Source: an uncultured delta proteobacterium
Lineage (GTDB): Bacteria > Myxococcota_A > Polyangia > Polyangiales > Polyangiaceae
Assembly: GCA_963806225.1 (NCBI GenBank)
Contig: CAWDXG010000004.1
Coordinates: 3,648,001-3,712,000 of the forward strand
Direction of reading: 5' to 3'
Length of the DNA: 64,000 bases
Both the position numbers and the translations under genes were made by a program. A model generated the notes under the pieces. It ran no database searches. It was not told the origin of the DNA and saw only the letters and a list, made by a program, of their open reading frames with translations. Shown here piece after piece: positions 59,394 to 64,000 of the stretch (position 1 is the first letter of the stretch; the number at the start of each line of letters is the position of its first letter).

Positions 59394-59507
59394 CGCCCCG
59401 GCTGCGTACAAATGCTTGTTCGCCGAGCGGCACGCCAATAGGCTGCCGGCTGAGCGGCGTGCACGCGGAGGCTCGGGCCTGCCGCTTTCGCCGGCAGGCG
59501 CGACACG

Positions 59508-61121
59508 ATGAATCGACTCTCCCAGCGACAGCTGATGGGCATAATCGGGATCATCGCGGCGGCCGCCGTGGTGGGGCTCGTGCAGAGGGACTTCCTCGGC
59601 TACGCGCTCGGCCTCGGCGTCGCGGCCGCGATCATCCTCTACTTCTCCGGTGAGGAGGCCGCGGCGAGCGGGATCGCTCTGGAGCCGCTCACCGACGCGG
59701 TCCGGCGGGCCGCCGACGGCCGGCGCGTGGAAGCCCCCGCCGGAGCCAGCCCGGAAGCGACGCGCTTCTACGAGCAGCTCGGCGAGCTGAGCGACGAGCT
59801 GGGCTCGCTCCAGGAGCGCGATCAGGAACGCCTGACGCTCACCTCGAACGCCGCGCAGGCGGTTACCGACTCGCTGCGCTCGCTGACGGAAGGCGTCGCG
59901 ACCCAACTCGACGCCAGCGAGCAGACCGCGCGCTACATCAAGGAAATGACCTCCGCGCTGCGCGAGATCGCACAGCACGTGGAGGTGCTGGCCGCCAGCG
60001 CCGAGGAGTCCAGCTCGAGCATTCTCGAGATGACGGCGACCAACGACGAAGTCGCCGAGAACATCGTCGAGCTCGCAGCGAGCGTGCGCGAGACGGTCGC
60101 CTCCATCGAGGAGATGGCGTTCTCCATCAAGGAGGTCGCGAAGAACGTCGACGCGCTCTCGCTCACGGCCGAGGAAACCAGCTCGAGCATGAACCAGATG
60201 GACGTGTCCATCGACCAGGTGCAGTCGAACGCCAACGAGACCGCCCGCCTCAGTGAAGAGGTGGCGCAGGACGCCGAGCGCGGCGCGGAAGCCATCCTCA
60301 AGACGATTGGCGAGATCTACCGCATCAAGGAGAGCAGCCAGGAGGCCGTCGCGGTCATCTCCAACCTCGGCTCGCGCATCGACGCCATCGGACAGATCCT
60401 CAACGTGATCGACGAGGTCGCCGAGCAGACGAACCTGCTGGCGCTGAATGCCGCCATCATCGCCGCGCAGGCCGGCGAGCACGGCAAGGGCTTCGCGGTC
60501 GTCGCCGACGAGATCAAGGATCTGGCCGAACGTGCCGGTGCGAGCACCAAGGAGATCGCCGATCTCATCAAGACGATCCAGGCCGAGAGCAAGAACGCCA
60601 TCCAGGCCGTGGAGCGCGGCGCGCTCAACGTCGACCGCGGCGTCGAGGTCTCGAACGAGGCCGAGCGCGCGCTGAAGAAGATCCTGGAGAGCTCGCAGAA
60701 GAGCACGAACATGGTGCGCGCCATCGCGCGCGCGACGGTGGAGCAGGCCAAGGGCTCGAAGCAGGTCACCGATGCCATCGGGCGCATCGCCGAGACGGTG
60801 CAGCAGATCGCCGCCGCCACGGCGCAGCAGGCGCGCGGCTCGGAGCTCATCATGAAGAGCGGCGAGAAGATGCGCACCATCTCGCAGCAGGTCGAGCGTT
60901 CAAGCCAGGAGCAGGCGCGCGGCGGACGCCAGATCACGCAGGCCATCGAGAGCATCAGCAACATGGTCAACCAGCTCAACACCTCGCACCGCCAGCAGAC
61001 CCGTGGCTCCGAGTCGGCGCTGGGCTCGGCATCGCGTATCGAGGAAGCAGCGCGGGCGCAGGACGCAGCCTTGCGCGAGCTGATCACCAATACCGAGAAG
61101 CTGCGCAAAGCCGCGGAATAG
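59508..61121 (+). CDS. Methyl-accepting chemotaxis protein
   Basis: N-terminal TM hairpin; [38 protein letters not shown] hairpin signature. Confidence 0.93.
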   Translation: MNRLSQRQLMGIIGIIAAAAVVGLVQRDFLGYALGLGVAAAIILYFSGEEAAASGIALEPLTDAVRRAADGRRVEAPAGASPEATRFYEQLGELSDELGSLQERDQERLTLTSNAAQAVTDSLRSLTEGVATQLDASEQTARYIKEMTSALREIAQHVEVLAASAEESSSSILEMTATNDEVAENIVELAASVRETVASIEEMAFSIKEVAKNVDALSLTAEETSSSMNQMDVSIDQVQSNANETARLSEEVAQDAERGAEAILKTIGEIYRIKESSQEAVAVISNLGSRIDAIGQILNVIDEVAEQTNLLALNAAIIAAQAGEHGKGFAVVADEIKDLAERAGASTKEIADLIKTIQAESKNAIQAVERGALNVDRGVEVSNEAERALKKILESSQKSTNMVRAIARATVEQAKGSKQVTDAIGRIAETVQQIAAATAQQARGSELIMKSGEKMRTISQQVERSSQEQARGGRQITQAIESISNMVNQLNTSHRQQTRGSESALGSASRIEEAARAQDAALRELITNTEKLRKAAE

Positions 61122-61123
61122 CG

Positions 61124-62933
61124 ATGACGGCCGCGCCGTCGGCGGCGCTCGCGAAACGCACCCAGTGGTGGCTCGTCCTCGCCACGGTCACGCTGCTGTC
61201 GCTGGCCTGGTTGCTGCTGGTTTCAGGTCCGCCGGATCTGATCGCTGACACCGCGCGGGACCTGCTGATTGCGCGTGATTGCAGCCAGCTCGGGCACTGT
61301 CTGACGGTCGGCGCCAAGACATCGGTGGACGGCATCTACCAGGGTGGAGCGTGGGTGCAGTCGATCGCTCTCCTGCAGTCCATCTCCGGCGGCATCCGCG
61401 CAATCCAGGCAACCGTCATCGCGCTGGAAGTTCTGTCGTGCGGGCTTCTGTTCGTGTTCCTGTCCCGGCGGGCTTCCAGCTTCGTCTCGGCGCTGGCCGC
61501 GCTCATCTGGCTTGTGGCTCTGTGCTACCTGGGCGATCACTCGTTGCTCTGGAACCACTCCGGCGTCGCGCTACCGGTCGTGCTGGCCGACGGCGCGTTG
61601 CTGCTGTTCGTGACCAGCCGACGCACCCTGGCGCTGTGCGTTGCGTCCTTCTGGATCGGCTTCGGCATGGGATTCCATGTGGAATGCGGCATCCTGGTTC
61701 CGGCCGGGATCGTGTTCGCGGTGCTGGCGGCGCGCCGCCCGTGGGTCGCGATGCCTGCGATGCTCTTGACGTTCCTCTTGGGGCTCTTGCCGACCTCGCT
61801 GGAGGCCACCCGCGCGAACCTGTTGTTTCTGGCTGGCTCCAGCGCGGCTGTGCCGTTGCTGGTGGCCATCGCCGTGCTGGTGGTCGCGGCGGCCGCCGGG
61901 CGCTCGCGATTCTTGAAGGCCCGGGGCGGGACGCAGCTCGCATGGCTCGCGGCCGCGATCATCGTCCCGCCGTCCGCGGGGCTGCTCTGGCTCGATCTGC
62001 GCGGGCATCTGGTAGCGATGCGCTACGCGTATGCCGCGCTGCCGGCGGCTGCGGCGGTAGCGGCCGTGGGCCTCGACCGCGGCTTTCGGAGTCTGGCTCG
62101 CCGCGCGGCGCGGCCGGGCGCCGCTGGGCTGTTCGCCGGCGCGCTGGTGTCGGGGCTGCTCTGGGCTTCGAGTCCCGAAGCAGTCCGGTCGCGGGTGTGG
62201 ACGGGCAGCGATGCGAACACCATCGCGGCGCGGCTCGAGACTTCCGGGTATTCGTACGATGCCGTGCGCTGGCACCTGCAGGGCCCCTATGCGTGGGAGC
62301 TGATCACGGTGCTCGCGACCTACCTGCCGCCGCCGCACGCGCCGCGGGCTGCGCTGGACACGCCGGATCTGCTGATCTTCCGGCCGCCACCGGCCGGCAG
62401 CAGGCCCGGTTCGATACTCCACCCGCCCGGTCGCCCGCCGTTGCTCGTTCGGAGCATACGCCCCTGGCTCGAACGTCACCCGCGGACAGGTCTGCATCCT
62501 GCCCGCTCGCGCCAGGCGCGACACGGAAGCGCGCTGCAGGAAGATTGCCACGCACCCGGAAAAGGCCGCTGGCTTCCGCTTCCGCGCGCGGAGCTACCCG
62601 AGGCTCTTCGACACCAGGACCAAGCCGCCCTACGTCGAGCGCTTCGTGATTCCCTTCCACTCCGCGGACAGCGACGCGCGCCGCTTCGTTCACGTGCTTG
62701 ATCACTCGCAGCGCTGTCGCTGGCTGATCATCGGCGTGCACGGCGCTTCCTACCGGGGCCGGCTCCCCGCGCGCGACATCGTGCTGGAGCGCAGCCACAG
62801 CGGCGACGTGACCCTGGCGCGTCGGGTCGACCCGGCCGCCTGCCCCGGCCAGCTCGAGCGCTACATGCGCCCGGGCATCGCGGAAACACATCCCGACGAA
62901 GCGCGCCTTCGCCGCGCGCTGGAGGCCTGGTGA
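61124..62933 (+). CDS. Polytopic membrane protein (ArnT/GT-C glycosyltransferase-like); single-base frameshift near 62472
   Basis: DTARDLLIARD...VGAKTS...YQG N-terminal motif and many TM helices. Removing one base at CTC-G-AAC-GTC gives VTRGQVCILP...FVIPFHSAD...LEAW*, whose TGA overlaps the next ATG (62933). Confidence 0.65.
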
Positions 62934-63466
62934 TGCGACGGCTCGCGCTGCTCTTGTGCTGCGTGCTTGCGCTTCTGCTAGTGGGCGCGCACAGCGGCAG
63001 GCAGCCCGTCCTGCCAGAATCCGCCCAGTCCGGCTTCGAGCAGGTGATGCGCGCCGTCAATCAACAGCATCGGCTGGGAGCGGCCGCGCGCATCACGGAC
63101 ATGTCCATCCAACCGCGGAAGGTTCGTCTAGAGCTCGAGCTTCTGGGCAAGCACCACAGCCTTGCGCTGGTGCACCCGGGCGCAGGGGACCGCGGCCTGC
63201 AGTCGCGCTACTTCGCTTTCGTGTACGACGCCGACGAGTGGCGGGGACAGCGCGCGGAACTCCAGCGGCTCGCCGGGCTGCTCGACCAGGCGTTTTCCCG
63301 CACGCCGTGGGTCATCGCCGGCACCGACCTGCGCGACACGCTCCCGCGCTGGACGACCCAGCCGATCGAGCTCGGGCGCGGGCTCGCCCTGACGCTCGTC
63401 TGCCTGAGCTGGGTCCTCGGCCTGGCGGGCACCGGGCTGTTGCTGTTCCGGCGTCCTCAGCGCTGA
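62933..63466 (+). CDS. Hypothetical membrane protein
   Basis: N-terminal signal/TM and C-terminal TM helix; TGATG coupling with the upstream gene. Confidence 0.65.
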   Translation: MRRLALLLCCVLALLLVGAHSGRQPVLPESAQSGFEQVMRAVNQQHRLGAAARITDMSIQPRKVRLELELLGKHHSLALVHPGAGDRGLQSRYFAFVYDADEWRGQRAELQRLAGLLDQAFSRTPWVIAGTDLRDTLPRWTTQPIELGRGLALTLVCLSWVLGLAGTGLLLFRRPQR

Positions 63467-64000
63467 CCGCGTGGCTGCGGCCGCATCCGGAGCAGGCGCA
63501 CCTCGGGCGGGCCGTGCCGGAAGTATCTGTTCGTGGTTCGCGGCGAGACGCGCGCTCCGGCTACCTGCGACAACGTCTTCTTCCGCGCCTCGGCGCACGC
63601 GCGACGCAGGAACTCGAGTGCCGGTCGATCCACGGGGCTGGCGCTCTCTGGGGGCAGATCAATCGAGCAGGCCGCCGATTCGTAGTAGTAGCGGCAACCT
63701 GGCCCTTCGAGGTCGCGTGCGGACGCAGCCATCAGCAGATGCAGTCGAGGGTAGGCCAAGGACAGCGGGCTCTTGTGGATGTCGAGGCAGCAATCCAGGT
63801 CACGATTGAACTGGCTGGCGCGCAGCGGCAGGCTGACCACGCTGCAGCCGTCCGGCACGCGCGCGAGATCGCGGCGCAGGAAAGCGTACTCGTCCTGGAA
63901 GGTGTAGCGCGCGCGGTAGGCCGGCGCGGCCAGCGCTAGATCGCCGAGCCCCGCCGCCAGGAACAAGAGCGCCGTGAGCGCCGGCTGCAACCACGCCGCG
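63457..64000 (-). CDS. C-terminal part of a membrane protein with Cys-containing extracytoplasmic domain (5' end outside window)
   Basis: Frame is open to the window edge; TM helix, then YTFQDEYAFLRR...CRYYYESAAC. Confidence 0.6.
   Translation of the reverse strand, partial: AAWLQPALTALLFLAAGLGDLALAAPAYRARYTFQDEYAFLRRDLARVPDGCSVVSLPLRASQFNRDLDCCLDIHKSPLSLAYPRLHLLMAASARDLEGPGCRYYYESAACSIDLPPESASPVDRPALEFLRRACAEARKKTLSQVAGARVSPRTTNRYFRHGPPEVRLLRMRPQPRGQR

Noticed and set aside
1..64000. CRISPR arrays, tRNA/rRNA genes, prophage, IS elements, known anti-phage operons
   Set aside because: I recognised no repeat-spacer periodicity, cloverleaf, integrase/transposase motif or defence gene set by eye; a dedicated scan was not possible.

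Overview
High-GC chromosomal window from a myxobacterium (Myxococcota, most likely Polyangiales/Sorangiineae-like). This is inferred from three MYXO-CTERM-type C-termini, a TIGR04551-type barrel, Gly-rich lipoprotein linkers and kelch/Cys-rich and kinase-TPR giants. There are about 47 genes. I found no rRNA, tRNA, CRISPR array, integrase or transposase. Main highlights: (1) A 12-kb divergent polyhydroxyalkanoate (PHA) locus at 28.2-40.0 kb. It has two class III-type PhaC synthases, a mini-PhaE, PhaR, a phasin-like protein, a reductase and an acyl-CoA ligase. The left arm also carries an outer-membrane barrel, two paralogous lipoproteins and a lipoprotein hydrolase, behind repeated TGC-N3-GCA (PhaR-type) boxes, suggesting an uptake-and-repolymerisation system. 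(2) A lipoprotein / ECF sigma / zinc anti-sigma / secreted caspase-barrel module with a shared basic-K-G motif. (3) An unannotated, highly structured ~280-nt intergenic RNA candidate with its own promoter-like region and terminator at 48.2-48.5 kb. (4) Three surface-anchored hydrolases (GH30, NlpC/P60, M15). (5) Degenerate enzymes: GDPD, a dynamin-like GTPase and a kinase. Three genes carry single-base frameshifts that look like assembly errors. All family calls come from motif recognition by eye, not database searches.
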